NCBI GenBank assembly: GCA_034780895.1
Contig: JAUZTB010000048.1
Coordinates: forward strand, 24,717,063-24,780,255
DNA: 63,193 bases
Reading direction: 5' to 3'
Origin: Rhynchobatus australiae
Taxonomy: Eukaryota
Both the position numbers and the translations under genes were made by a program. Below the pieces are notes generated by a model, which was not told the origin of the DNA, made no database searches, and worked only from the letters and a program-made list of their open reading frames with translations. Shown piece after piece: positions 50,780 to 61,855 of the stretch; positions within the stretch are counted from its first letter, which is position 1, and every line of letters starts with the position of its first letter.

Positions 50780-52794
50780 AGGCAGATTACATGCATCTCA
50801 GTCACAAAATACTGCACGTGGACATGACAAACATCTACACCACCCCCTCACCCCCAACATGATCCCCACTAGTACAAAATATCTTAACAGATTTGCTGTG
50901 GGAAATGTCATGGACAAAAAAACGGGATCTGCTCACAGCTGTAATATAAGCAGCATATGTTTCATGTAATCAGATGCAATGCATAATTTGAAAACACCCA
51001 GCTGTGAAACTACCTTCAAAATACATTGAACTCTGATGCTGTACTATTTTAAGTGCTGCAATCTCTTCTAAATCTACTAAGACATTAGGTTGATCAAAGC
51101 ATTGAAAAGGGCAAAGACAATGTCTTGTAATTTGCATTTGTAAATGATGGCAAAATTGTCAGCACTTGCCATGATATGGACATCCAGAAGACGCTGTCAG
51201 TGATACACTCACCCTCTGCAGGATATGCTGTTTGTGGATGTAATCAGTACAGAATCAGTAATTTGATGTGAGCTTCAGGCTTTTATGAATAGTTCTCAAT
51301 GTTATATGTCTAGTTGGGTTTCTAATACATAATGTTTGAACTAGTGCTGAACATTCTTTCCTGTTTAGGAACATCAGCTTTATAAACATGGATTCTCATT
51401 TCCTCAGAATAATATTTAAAAACTGTTTGACAAAAATGCAGTAATTACATTTTGATTTTTAAAATCTTTTATGTTACTTTAGTTTCCCCCTTAATCTTTA
51501 TTTTGCATTCTATACAATGATTAACATGTAGACTATAATTCCAACTTTTTACTTCCTACTTTCTAGTCATTGAGAATTTTTCAATCTAAGTGGCCAATTA
51601 GCCTGTATGCTGCCTGGACCATCACTGCACACCAAATATGGCATCAGAATAAAAGTCAATCAAAATAGATAACATGCACAGAGTCCACTGAATCTTTGTG
51701 GGAGGGTCTGTTGGTTTTGAGGTCTCCAGCAAGTGCTGCTTCTTTGTTGTTAAACATAACTTTTGAGTCATTCAAGCTGCTGAGGTTTTGTTTTTGGCAA
51801 AGTAATCTTTACTGTAATTGGAAAAGGTATGGAATTGGAAAACATTCTTCCCTGCATAGTTCAATAACATACCAACTAGCAAAATGAAAGAGCTGGAACG
51901 GTTTCAATAGGCCAAATGTCCTTTATTGGTTTCTATGATTCTATCATTGAGAACCCCACATCCTATTTTATAAAGATTAGCAAGTGAGTTTCAAATCTTT
52001 ATCAATTGAATGGGAAGAGACTGAACTCAGGCTGGCAACTATAAATGGGTTATGGTTACCCCAGTCCAAATTCCCTGATCTATTTTGTTTGTTACTTCAC
52101 TCTCTTTTTTGAAGCCTTTTCCTTTGGCAATCATCTCGCTGAGCATCATTCATTCTCTGTAAAACCCACGAGTGGCTTGCTGCATTAAGGGCATTATACA
52201 AGTGGAACCATCTTTAGTGGTGGTTGAAAAGGCATCCCCAGAGGCAGAATGCCACCTGTTTGCTCGTGCTTTCACCCAAGTAATTATTCATAGCCTTAGG
52301 ATATATAAAGCAGAACATGGAGAAGTTAAATATTTTAATAGGATACATTTGTCCTTACAAGGGGAATGACTTATATTCCAGCTTATTGAACAGGCAGCTC
52401 ATCCAACTAGAGTAACAGAAAGTCTCCACTAATTTTAATGGCTGCATCTCATTAACATGTCACGTGCTGACTTCATGGCCAAAAGTCAACAAGAAGCAGA
52501 TGGCTTTAGAGTTCACTGCCAGGGACCCACCGGAACAGTCCTCAGCACAAATTAAGTAGATTCAAGGGATTTCTTGTGGGAATTGTATTTGGGGAGACAG
52601 GGAGACATTGAAAAGAAGCCCAAGGCAAAAATGTACAAGAACAGTAATACCCTGCCAGTTGTGGCCTCACTAGGAAACGACTACTCCCCCACTCAGGCCT
52701 CAGGTAAAAATAGCAGTCAGGCCTTATTAACATCAGCAGGATCCAATTCACAGATTTAAGGAAGGAATCCTCTGGTTTCCTCAATCCTGATATT

Positions 52795-52926
52795 GAGTCC
52801 TGATGCAGGGTTTCGACCCAAAATATCGACAATTCCTCCCCCCCACAGATGCTGCTCGACCCGATGAGTTCCCCCCAGCAGATTGTTTGTTGGTCCAGAT
52901 TCCAGCATCTGCTGTCTCTTGTGTCT
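52795..52926 (+). mobile_element. Penelope-like element terminus with degenerate hammerhead-like core
   Basis: gtcCTGATGCA-GGGT-TTCG-ACCC-AAAAtatcgac...cacagatgctgctcgacccgatgagttcc...tccagcatctgctgtctcttgtgtct. Confidence 0.75.
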
Positions 52927-54079
52927 TCACCTTCTGGTCTCTGTTGGGTGTCCTTGCTGCATTCAATCTAAAATTCTAGAAGCTCAGTTTGGTCCAAGAA
53001 TGGAATGGGCAAATGTTCTAACCTCTAATTTTAACAGAGAAAGGAAATCATATTAGCCCACAGATTAATTTTAAATTCCCTTTATTTTTGCTTTCCAATC
53101 TTAGTCACAAAGTAGGGTTATGATTTATGCTTTGCTTCATTTTATCAATGGGCAATTTTGTGTAAAAAGCTGCATTAAAGTTTCCCAATTGCGTCCAAAT
53201 TTGTTTCCTTTTCATATGGGTTGTTACTGGTGCATGGAGCAGTTATTAAACATTCTTAGTTCTTGTAAACATTCAGAACTGCATTTTAATACAGTCTGGC
53301 AGGGATGTTTTCTTGTACCATATACAGGAAATGTTCCATTTTCCACTATGTCATCTTAATCCTTGCTGAAAGATCTGTCAAAGGCAACCAATTAAACTCG
53401 AGAGTTTCCATAACTTCCACAACTGTAGCTCCACTGTTTTCACATTCAGAAGATAGACACAAGCCTGAACACTAATCTTATCTCACAATCAGAGTGTTGA
53501 AAAGCTGCAGTCATACGAGTTGATATTGAGTCCATATTTCAGGACTTATTAACTTTAGGAAAACAGTCTAACAAGGGAATGAGCTCCAGAGATAAAATAA
53601 CCTGCCCTTCAGCTAAACATTATTTTATAAGTGGACACATTGTTAGCTGAATACTGTAGCCAAATTCATTTTAAAAAAGTTACATCACTAACATTAATGA
53701 TATAAGATAAGGAAATGGGCTGAGAGCTTGCTTGCTGATTAATGATTTCAATTTAACAAATTGAGAAGTTAGAGGAACTGTTTAAACTATATAAAAGTAG
53801 GAATAAATATGCAGACTGCCTGCATTTCTTCAAGAAGGAACTAGACAAATTATTGCCTGGGCTAGATTTTGCATCTTACAAAATATAATGCATTAATAGA
53901 TAATGTATGCATGGTTTTCCAGGACTAATTTTGATCACTTGAAGGGGATGCAGAAGAATTTTGGGGAATTCTTTTTATTGTTAAGGATCATTTTTTTTGC
54001 ATCTCCATGGCCAAGGTAGAGGCAGAGGGTAATAGAGGAAGTATAGTGAAAATGTTGCTGCCATAGGTAGGATCGTAAG

Positions 54080-55480
54080 TTGTGAGGTAGGTAGGTGAAG
54101 TGAGTAGGGCAAAGATCTTGCAAATGGAGTATAATGTCAGAAAATTATCATTTTTGGCAGGAAAAATTTAAAGGAAGCCTATTATTGAAATGTTGAGATG
54201 CAGAGTGATCTGGTTGTCCTGTTGCATGAATCACAAAAGATCAGTCTGCAGGTGCAGCAAGCGATTGGGAAAGCCAACAGAATATTGTTGTGTATTGCTA
54301 GGTGATCTGAATGTAGAAGTAGGGAGGTTATCCTTTGGTTATAAAGGGCATTCGGGTGTTTCCAAACCAGAAACCCCGGGCGAACACACAGGTTAGGAAG
54401 CTGCCAAAGATTAGAGATGCTGTTTACAGAGCTAGAGACANNNNNNNNNNNNNNNNNNNNNNNNNNNNNNNNNNNNNNNNNNNNNNNNNNNNNNNNNNNN
54501 NNNNNNNNNNNNNNNNNNNNNNNNNNNNNNNNNNNNNNNNATACATGCACACACCACAAGACTGAAACACAGTTTTTTTCCCCAAAGCTGTTAAATTGTT
54601 GAACATGGATTGACACCCCCATACATACACACACCATGTCTTCCTCCCTTCACTGGCTGGACTCACCGTGGTGTTATTTAATGATTTATGCTGTTATATT
54701 GATATTGATATGCTGCTGATCATCATTACTATAATTATCATGGTTCATTTGCACACTGCCTCTTATATTTTTTATATCTTATATTTGTGTATGTTTGTTT
54801 TATTTTATAGTCATAATTGCTCTCATCAATTTACTGTTCTGGTTTTTATTAGGCAAGGGAGTGTCATTGTAATTTCGTTGTGTTGTTGTCCTGCAACAGT
54901 ACAATGACAAAGAAATCTTGAAATCTCTTGAAATCATTGGTGTGACCACACCTGGAGTACTCTGTGCAACACCAGTCTCCTTAATTAAGGATGGATGTTA
55001 ATGCATGGAAAGCAGTACAGAGAAGGTTTACTAATATCTAGAATGGGCAAGTGGCCTTGTAAGGAAAAGTTGGACAGGCTAGGTGTTATTCTGCTGGAGT
55101 GTAGAAGAGCGAGACGATACTTGTTGAAACATAGAAGATCCTGAAAGGTCTCGACAAGATGAATGTGAAAAGGATGTTTCTTCTTGAAGGAGAATCTGGA
55201 ACTAGAAATTACTGTTTAAAACTAAAAGGATGTTCATTTAAGTAGAAATGAGGTGAATTTCTCCAACGCCCCCCCACAGGGTTATAAGTCTTTCGAACTA
55301 CCTGCCTCAGAAGGTGGTGGAAGCAGAGACTTTGAATATTTTTAAGGCAGAGGTAGATAGATTCTTGATAAGGAAGGGGTGAAAGGTTACCATAGGTAGA
55401 CAGAAAGCCCATTTGTATTTGTNNNNNNNNNNNNCATATTATGTACCAGGAGCAGGCTTGATAGGCCAGTTATCTTTCTT
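54080..55480 (+). mobile_element. CR1 LINE 3' part split by an insertion
   Basis: CR1 sequence up to ~54350 resumes at ~54940 with gaccacacctggagtactctgtgc (RPHLEY) and runs to the tail. Confidence 0.85.
54541..54935 (+). mobile_element. Rex1/Babar- or L2-like LINE 3' end nested in CR1
   Basis: accacaagactgaaacacagtttttttccccaaagctgttaaattgttgaac (TTRLKHSFF.P.AV.LLN motif) and tail caatgacaaagaaatcttgaaatctcttgaaatc. Confidence 0.65.
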
Positions 55481-56939
55481 CACCATCTTTAAACATAATC
55501 ATACGTTTCTCGTTTCTGGTTTGTTTTGTTTCTGGTGTTACGTCTTAAGCACACAGTGGGGATATACGGCTGGTAAAGGCATCAACAGACTCTTCATCAT
55601 ACTGAGAAACAGCCCCTATGAAAAATAGAGAGCCATTGCCCATCATCTCAAAATAGTCCTTGGAGCTCACAAAAGAGATAGAAGATAATGCCTCTCTATG
55701 ACTGAATTTACTTGTCTTTTAGTAGTCACTAGGTGTAATCCTGTTTCCAACAGGATACAGTAATCCATCCCTGGACTAGGTAAACCCACTAGAATTGCAT
55801 TATTTCAGCATGCAATCTCTCATTAAGCTCTTTAATTGCTCTGGGACAAGAAACTTGAGCAAACAGAATTACGAGACTTTTTTTTGGAAAGTACAACACC
55901 AGCAACAGAGGACTACCTGAGATATTGAAATAACATGACTAGCAGCTGAAGCATCTTAATCTGCAAGAAGTTNNNNNNNNNNNNNNNNNNNNNNNNNNNN
56001 NNNNNNNNNNNNNNNNNNNCTTCACAAAATAACTGCATTCCAATTTCATAGTAGTGATGTTAGAATACAGTCAATTGAATCAAATGGAAATATTCCACTG
56101 TTAGATGAAGTCATTTATAAGCTGGTTGTAGATACTACCAAAATTCATTTGGAATCAGTAATTGTGGTTAGCTTTTCATTTGGAATTGTTAATATTTGAA
56201 ATGTCTTACATTGTTTCTTTCTAACTAATGTAATCAAAAAAGTATAAACTGCATTCAAGTAAATGGCATTTTCACAGAACTAAATCAAACTAGAAAATAT
56301 CAGGTTTGGAACATGGCCTTCTCAAAACATGTACTGCTCTATAATGAGCACAAACACATCATATCAATGTTACTGTGCTGTTAAATTGTGCTTTTTTAAA
56401 ATCATTTTATTAGATATAAAGTAATAAGAATAAACATAAGGTTACATAACTTACCCTTTCAGGTACACACTAAAAGTAATCCACAAGATCCTCCTGGGTC
56501 CTGACAGGGTGGACACTCATNNNNNNNNNNNNNNNNNNNNNNNNNNNNNNNNNNNNNNNNNNNNNNNNNNNNNNNNNNNNNNNNNNNNNNNNNNNNNNNN
56601 NNNNNNNNNNNNNNNNNNNNCCTGTGTCCTGACAGGGTGGACACTCATGTGGGAGAATCAATGTCTCAAGATAAGAGATTAAGATAGAGATAAGGCAAAT
56701 TTATTTCTCACAGAAGGTCATATGAGTCCTCAGAACTCCATTCCTCAAAGACCGATGGAAGCAGAATCTTCATGGATGCAGATTCTTGATAAGCAAGGAG
56801 ATGGGAATATGAAATAAAGATAGCGATCTGATCAAGCATGATTTCATTAAAGAGAGACTACAGATGCTAGAATCTGGAGCAACAAACAAGATGTTGGAGG
56901 AACTCAGTGGGTCAGGCAGCATCTAGGATGGAAAAGTTT

Positions 56940-57900
56940 CCCTATTGTAGCAGTAATTTCCACCATACACCATTCATTGTTGCATGGTTTACATGATTGG
57001 AAGAGGAAATTGGCCATCTTGAAGTTGTACCTCTTGTCATCTTCCTGAATGGTAAGTTTGTCATTGTCCTAACCAAAATGACTTGCCTCATTGCATGTTG
57101 CAAATAGTACACCTTGAACATAGCAATGCTACTCTGGTCCATGGATTGTATCAAAGGGGTGATGTTAGGGCCAAAGATTGCTATCTGCCATTGATATTAA
57201 CCAGATGTCAAGGAGCACTGTCAACAATGAGCAGAGCTCTGTTGCTGAGTTATTCCTGATACAACATTGCTTGATAAAGCAGCCAAGAAATAAAGTGATA
57301 TAACCTTGGAACATGAGCATTGTCATACAGTCTTTTTTCTAAGGCCACCACATTACTGGAAGATTTGATTTTGAATTTCCCTTTAGAGCCCTGGAGTTCT
57401 TTGAATGAAAGACCAGGAGTCTTAAACTTACAATCACTCTCAGCAATGCTTCAGAGTAGGACAATCATCATCTGCTTGAAGGCTGGAGCTGTTTCCTCAT
57501 TCCTTGAGTTGAGGGCTTCCTCGCATCCACTTATCATCTTATTCCCATCTCATCCACAATAACAACTTGCTTAGAAGAGTAGGCAACTTCCTCGGTGAAT
57601 TATTGCAGTTCCTTTGGAAAGTTTTCTGATGCTATGGAAGATGCATATCAAAACTTCAATCAGCCATGTCTGGCCTTGAACATACTGGTACTTTCTGAAG
57701 ATCCATCGCTCCTCACATTCTTTCAGTTCTTGCCATACAATGTCCATTTTTCCTGGATCATCAGCAAACCCAGGGGCACACGCTCATTGATTCTGATCTT
57801 CTAATCACACACATTTTTCCATTCTCTCCATTATAAAATCTCTGCTCTTTGTAGCAAAATGATGCACTTCCAGGATAACATTCTGCTATAACTAAAGGAG
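56940..57900 (-). mobile_element. Tigger/pogo DDE transposase relic
   Basis: Minus strand fragments FKARHG* (CENP-B HTH FKASxGW), RALLIVDSAP*H (LLxLDNAPGH) and PNITPLIQSMDQSSIAMFKVYYL (PNTTSLIQPMDQGVIxxFKxxY). Stops and frameshifts present. Confidence 0.85.
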
Positions 57901-58267
57901 GCCTATTTCCAATAGTCAATTGTGTCAAATGCCAATTACGTCAATAGGCTATGGTTTCTTTCAATAGGTACTTATGTCAATGGTGAGCAGCTGTACGTCA
58001 GTCAAACTGGTGGGCAATATTGACACAGCTGTGCTGCCTGGGATTTCAATTGCTGCTTATATTAATAATCTCCCTCTATGCCCTCTAACATTAGATTGTT
58101 CATTACAGCAAGAAAAGCTTCGTAAGTTGAGTCTACATACCCTTAAAAGTCATTGGATTATAGCAAAAATTTGTAAATCAAACATTTGTGAATCAAGGGA
58201 TACCTGTAGTCATGAAAAGTGCTATTTAAATTCAGATTCTCACATTATAAATTTCCTTACAACATAG

Positions 58268-58879
58268 TGTAATGAACCAGCAACAACAGAAACACACCGA
58301 GACATGTATAAGTGTTAAAAACTACTTTATCAATAACTACTTATGATAATAAGTAAAATAAAAGTAAAAATGTTAGAATGTTAGAAGTAAAAATGTTAAA
58401 NNNNNNNNNNNNNNNNNNNNNNNNNNNNNNNNNNNNNNNNNNNNNNNNNNNNNNNNNNNNNNNNNNNNNNNNNNNNNNNNNNNNNNNNNNNNNNNNNNNN
58501 AGTGCGGCCGTCGACACCAACTACCTGTTTCCTTCTACAGGTCAGCAACCAAGCGAACTCCACTTCTTCATTTCAATGTGTCTGCCATACCCTAGAGTAT
58601 CCATGCCATTGCCGTCCACACCAACTACGTGTTTTCCTTCACAGGTTGCCGACTTAGTGAACTCCACCGGATTACTCTCAACCATCCATGCGTGAATGAC
58701 AGTGACAGTCACAATTATTGTTTCTCATCTAATCGACAGAGAAAACAAGCAGGCTGGTGTCTCTCTTTCTCTCTCTCTTGTTCTTCTGTCTCTGTCTCTC
58801 TCTCCTACAGACTGACCTCCACTGGTTGTTTCAACAACAACGTCATGAAATTCTTTATTTTCTGTTGATGTAAGCACGC

Positions 58880-58910
<31 letters not shown>

Positions 58911-58958
58911 ACACACAATCTTAAAGGAACCTCACTAATTGTAACCTAGTCCATAACA
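58268..58958 (-). mobile_element. Solo LTR, same family as 36714-37463, inverted
   Basis: TGTAATG...CATAACA termini, 4-bp TSD atag/atag (58264-58267, 58959-58962), internal (CT)n and (CA)n, and extensive similarity to the reverse complement of the 36.7-kb copy. Contains a gap. Confidence 0.85.
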
Positions 58959-60304
58959 ATAGCAAATGGTGATTTAGGGACTGCACAGTTTCAAGGTAAG
59001 CCAGAGAACACTGAAAGAATTTGGAAAGTTATTTACAGCAGTGCTTTTTGCTGAGGTCTCTNNNNNNNNNNGTAGATGGATAAACACAAAGCTTAGAAAT
59101 CACTTCTTTTCCATTATTCAACTGCTAGGAGTATGGAATTTAAGTATTAGAATAAAATGAAACAAACGCACATCTGAGCAAAGAGAACTAGCAAAGAAAA
59201 AAATAGGTCCAATGAAAGAAACTCTGGAAGCCAGTCAAAGATGATCAACATAAATATTGTTAATCAAACCAAATGGTATCCCTGTGACTAAACATTAAAA
59301 AAACAATTTTGTGTCAGAATTGCAGTTTGCCAAACTCTGCATATACTTAACAAAATTTAGCTGAAAATACAGAACTTATGATGCATTAATCAAGTGTTTC
59401 AATATAAAATCAACTTATATCTCACCAGATATATTGGATAGATTATTTACAGAACAGGAATGGCATGTGCTCTTATAGCTTGCATGGACCAGAGGGTGCA
59501 TAAGGTCACTGGCACGCGCGCACACACACGCTTGAAGGTCTCATGATAGCTAAGCACTTTAACTATACTGTAATTTATAACCCTATCATTCATGTTTGCT
59601 AACTCCAGTCTTAGTGGAACAGNNNNNNNNNNNNNNNNNNNNNNNNNNNNNNNNNNNNNNNNNNNNNNNNNNNNNNNNNNNNNNNNNNNNNNNNNNNNNN
59701 NNNNNNNNNNNNNNNNNNNNNNTGTAATTTATAACCCTATCATTCATGTTTGCTAACTCCAGTCTTAGTGGAACAGAAATTCTATTTTCTGAAGGCAATC
59801 CTGTGAAAACAAGGAAGTGGTGATAACAACATGAGGATTATGTGCTTATTCCTGAATTAAACTTCAGTTTTTCCCCTTCCAATCCCCAAACTAATATATA
59901 AAATTCAGTAAACTAGACCGGGAGCAGGGGTCTGGATGACAGAATCTAATTGTAATGGTTCTGGAATTCATCAGAGGAATGGCACGCAGAGATTTGCATG
60001 GATTCTGCAATGGAGACACATACTCCAAACAGCCCTGCTGGGCTTGCAATTATGAGGATTAGAGCAATTTTCTTTTGGTACTCCCAGAAATTAAAAGCTC
60101 TATTATGTGACTTTATCCAAAGCAATTTGGATTCTTTTCTTAAAAAAAACCTTTGTTTTAATAACAGACAACAAGATTGGAATGTATGCATGCAGCTGGT
60201 CCTACTTAAATCAATGGAAACATGAATTGACAGACAGAATGTTTGCACGTACTATGGAGCTTACAGTAGATGAATGCTTTCTAATTATAGCTTCAAATTT
60301 TCTG

Positions 60305-60512
60305 AGGTGATGGGTAGTGGTTAGCATAACACTTTTACAGCACCAGCGACCTGGGTTCAATTCCGGCCACTGTCTGTATGGAGTTTATATGTTCTCCCCA
60401 TGTCTGTGTGGGTTTCCTCCCACATTTCAAAGACGTACAGGTTAGGAAGTTGTGGGCATGCTATGTTGGTGCTGGAAGCATGGTGACACTTGCGGACTAC
60501 CCTCAGAACATC
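60305..60512 (+). mobile_element. V-SINE (tRNA-derived, HE1-like)
   Basis: A/B-box head gtagtggttagc...gggttcaattccggcc and V-domain ctgtctgtatggagttt...ttctccccatgtctgtgtgggtttcctcc. Confidence 0.85.
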
Positions 60513-60559
60513 TCAACTGCAAGTCTCTCCTTAAGATGAAAACTCTTGATCTGACCTCA

Positions 60560-60960
60560 TAGCCAACTATCTAGATGAGCCTCAATGTGCTCACTGACCA
60601 AAAGCTGAAAAGGCTAAAGGTCAATTGCAGAACAGTGAGGCCTTGGAACAGAAGTACCCTTGCTGAAGTTCTAAAACTTGACAGAGTGGAACTTTAACCA
60701 TGAATCCACCACCTGATCCCCTACATTTGGGAAGAGGAGATCTCGGAGCCAATGTAAGCATAACTGTTTTCAAGAAGGAAGATAAAATGGTTTGTGGTAA
60801 CTACAGCAGAGTTTCTCTGCTCTCTGCAAAAGGGAAAGTTGCTATGAAGGTCCTGCCCAATCACCTCTTCACCATGGCCAAAGACCTGCTCCTTAAGTCA
60901 CAATGTGGCATCTGTCCATTGGGAGGCACAAAGGACATGTCTTCCAACATGTGCAAATGA
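60560..60960 (+). mobile_element. RTE LINE reverse-transcriptase fragment
   Basis: ITVFKKEDKMVCGNYSRVSLLSAKGKV...LLKSQCG...GTKDM, an RTE RT N-terminal motif. Confidence 0.8.
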
Positions 60961-61089
60961 GAAATGCAGGAATCACTTGAATTGCTAAGGCATAACAGTC
61001 TATGGATCAAGTGCTGGTAAACAGATGAGTATTTGATGGTCAGCAGACAGGGTGGGCCAAATGGCCTTTTTCTGTGCTGTATGACTCTA

Positions 61090-61855
61090 CTGCACAGCTT
61101 CACTGCCTTTTGAGGAAAACTGGTTCAAAGACTCNNNNNNNNNNNNNNNNNNNNNNNNNNNNNNNNNNNNNNNNNNNNNNNNNNNNNNNNNNNNNNNNNN
61201 NNNNNNNNNNNNNNNNNNNNNNNNNNNNNNNNNNCTTTTGAGGAAAACTGGTTCAAAGACTCACAATTTCACTTTATCTCCGTTTTGAATGGATGACTAA
61301 ACAGTGATCCCAAGTTCTAGATTCTCCCACGAGGAAACATTCTCTTCACATTCATTTTTTCCATATTCAGTTTTTCCAAAACTACTCAGGATCTTATAGG
61401 TTTTAATCAAGTTACCTCTCATTCTTCTAAACTCCAGCAGATAAAAAACTTCTCTGTTCAATCTTTACTCATAAGACAATCCATCCTTTCCTAATATCGG
61501 TCAAGTAAACCCTCCTTTAACCACTTCCAATACATTTACATCCTTAAATATGGAGAGCAATACACCAGCACACCAGACATGATCTCACGAATGCTCTACA
61601 TAACCAAAGCATCACCTCTTAATTTGGTCTTGAATTTATCAAGTAATAAACAATAACATTGTTAGTTTTGCAAATCGTTCACAATATCTGCATACCAACA
61701 CTTTGCAAATCATGCATTAGAACACCCAAATCACTTTGCATCTCAGCAGTCTCTCATCATTTAATTTCTTTCTTTCCATGGAAAATTTCACACTTCTCAC
61801 CATTATACTCTATTTACCAGATCTTTGTCCACTCATTTAACCTATTTTCATAATC
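61090..61855 (-). mobile_element. CR1 LINE 3' part, decayed
   Basis: Closely parallels 47660-48500 (aacagtgatcccaagttctagattctcccacgaggaaac...tacctctcattcttctaaactccag...catccttaaatatggagagc). Confidence 0.85.

Noticed and set aside
51200-51245. Minus-strand donor GAGG|gtgagt preceded by PQT-like codons, as the end of exon 1
   Set aside because: Translation (PQTAYPAE) does not match the exon 1 end (PQTxxL) and there is no upstream LRRNT cysteine pattern.
60305-60372. tRNA gene
   Set aside because: The A/B boxes run straight into the V-SINE core, so it is a SINE head rather than a cloverleaf tRNA.
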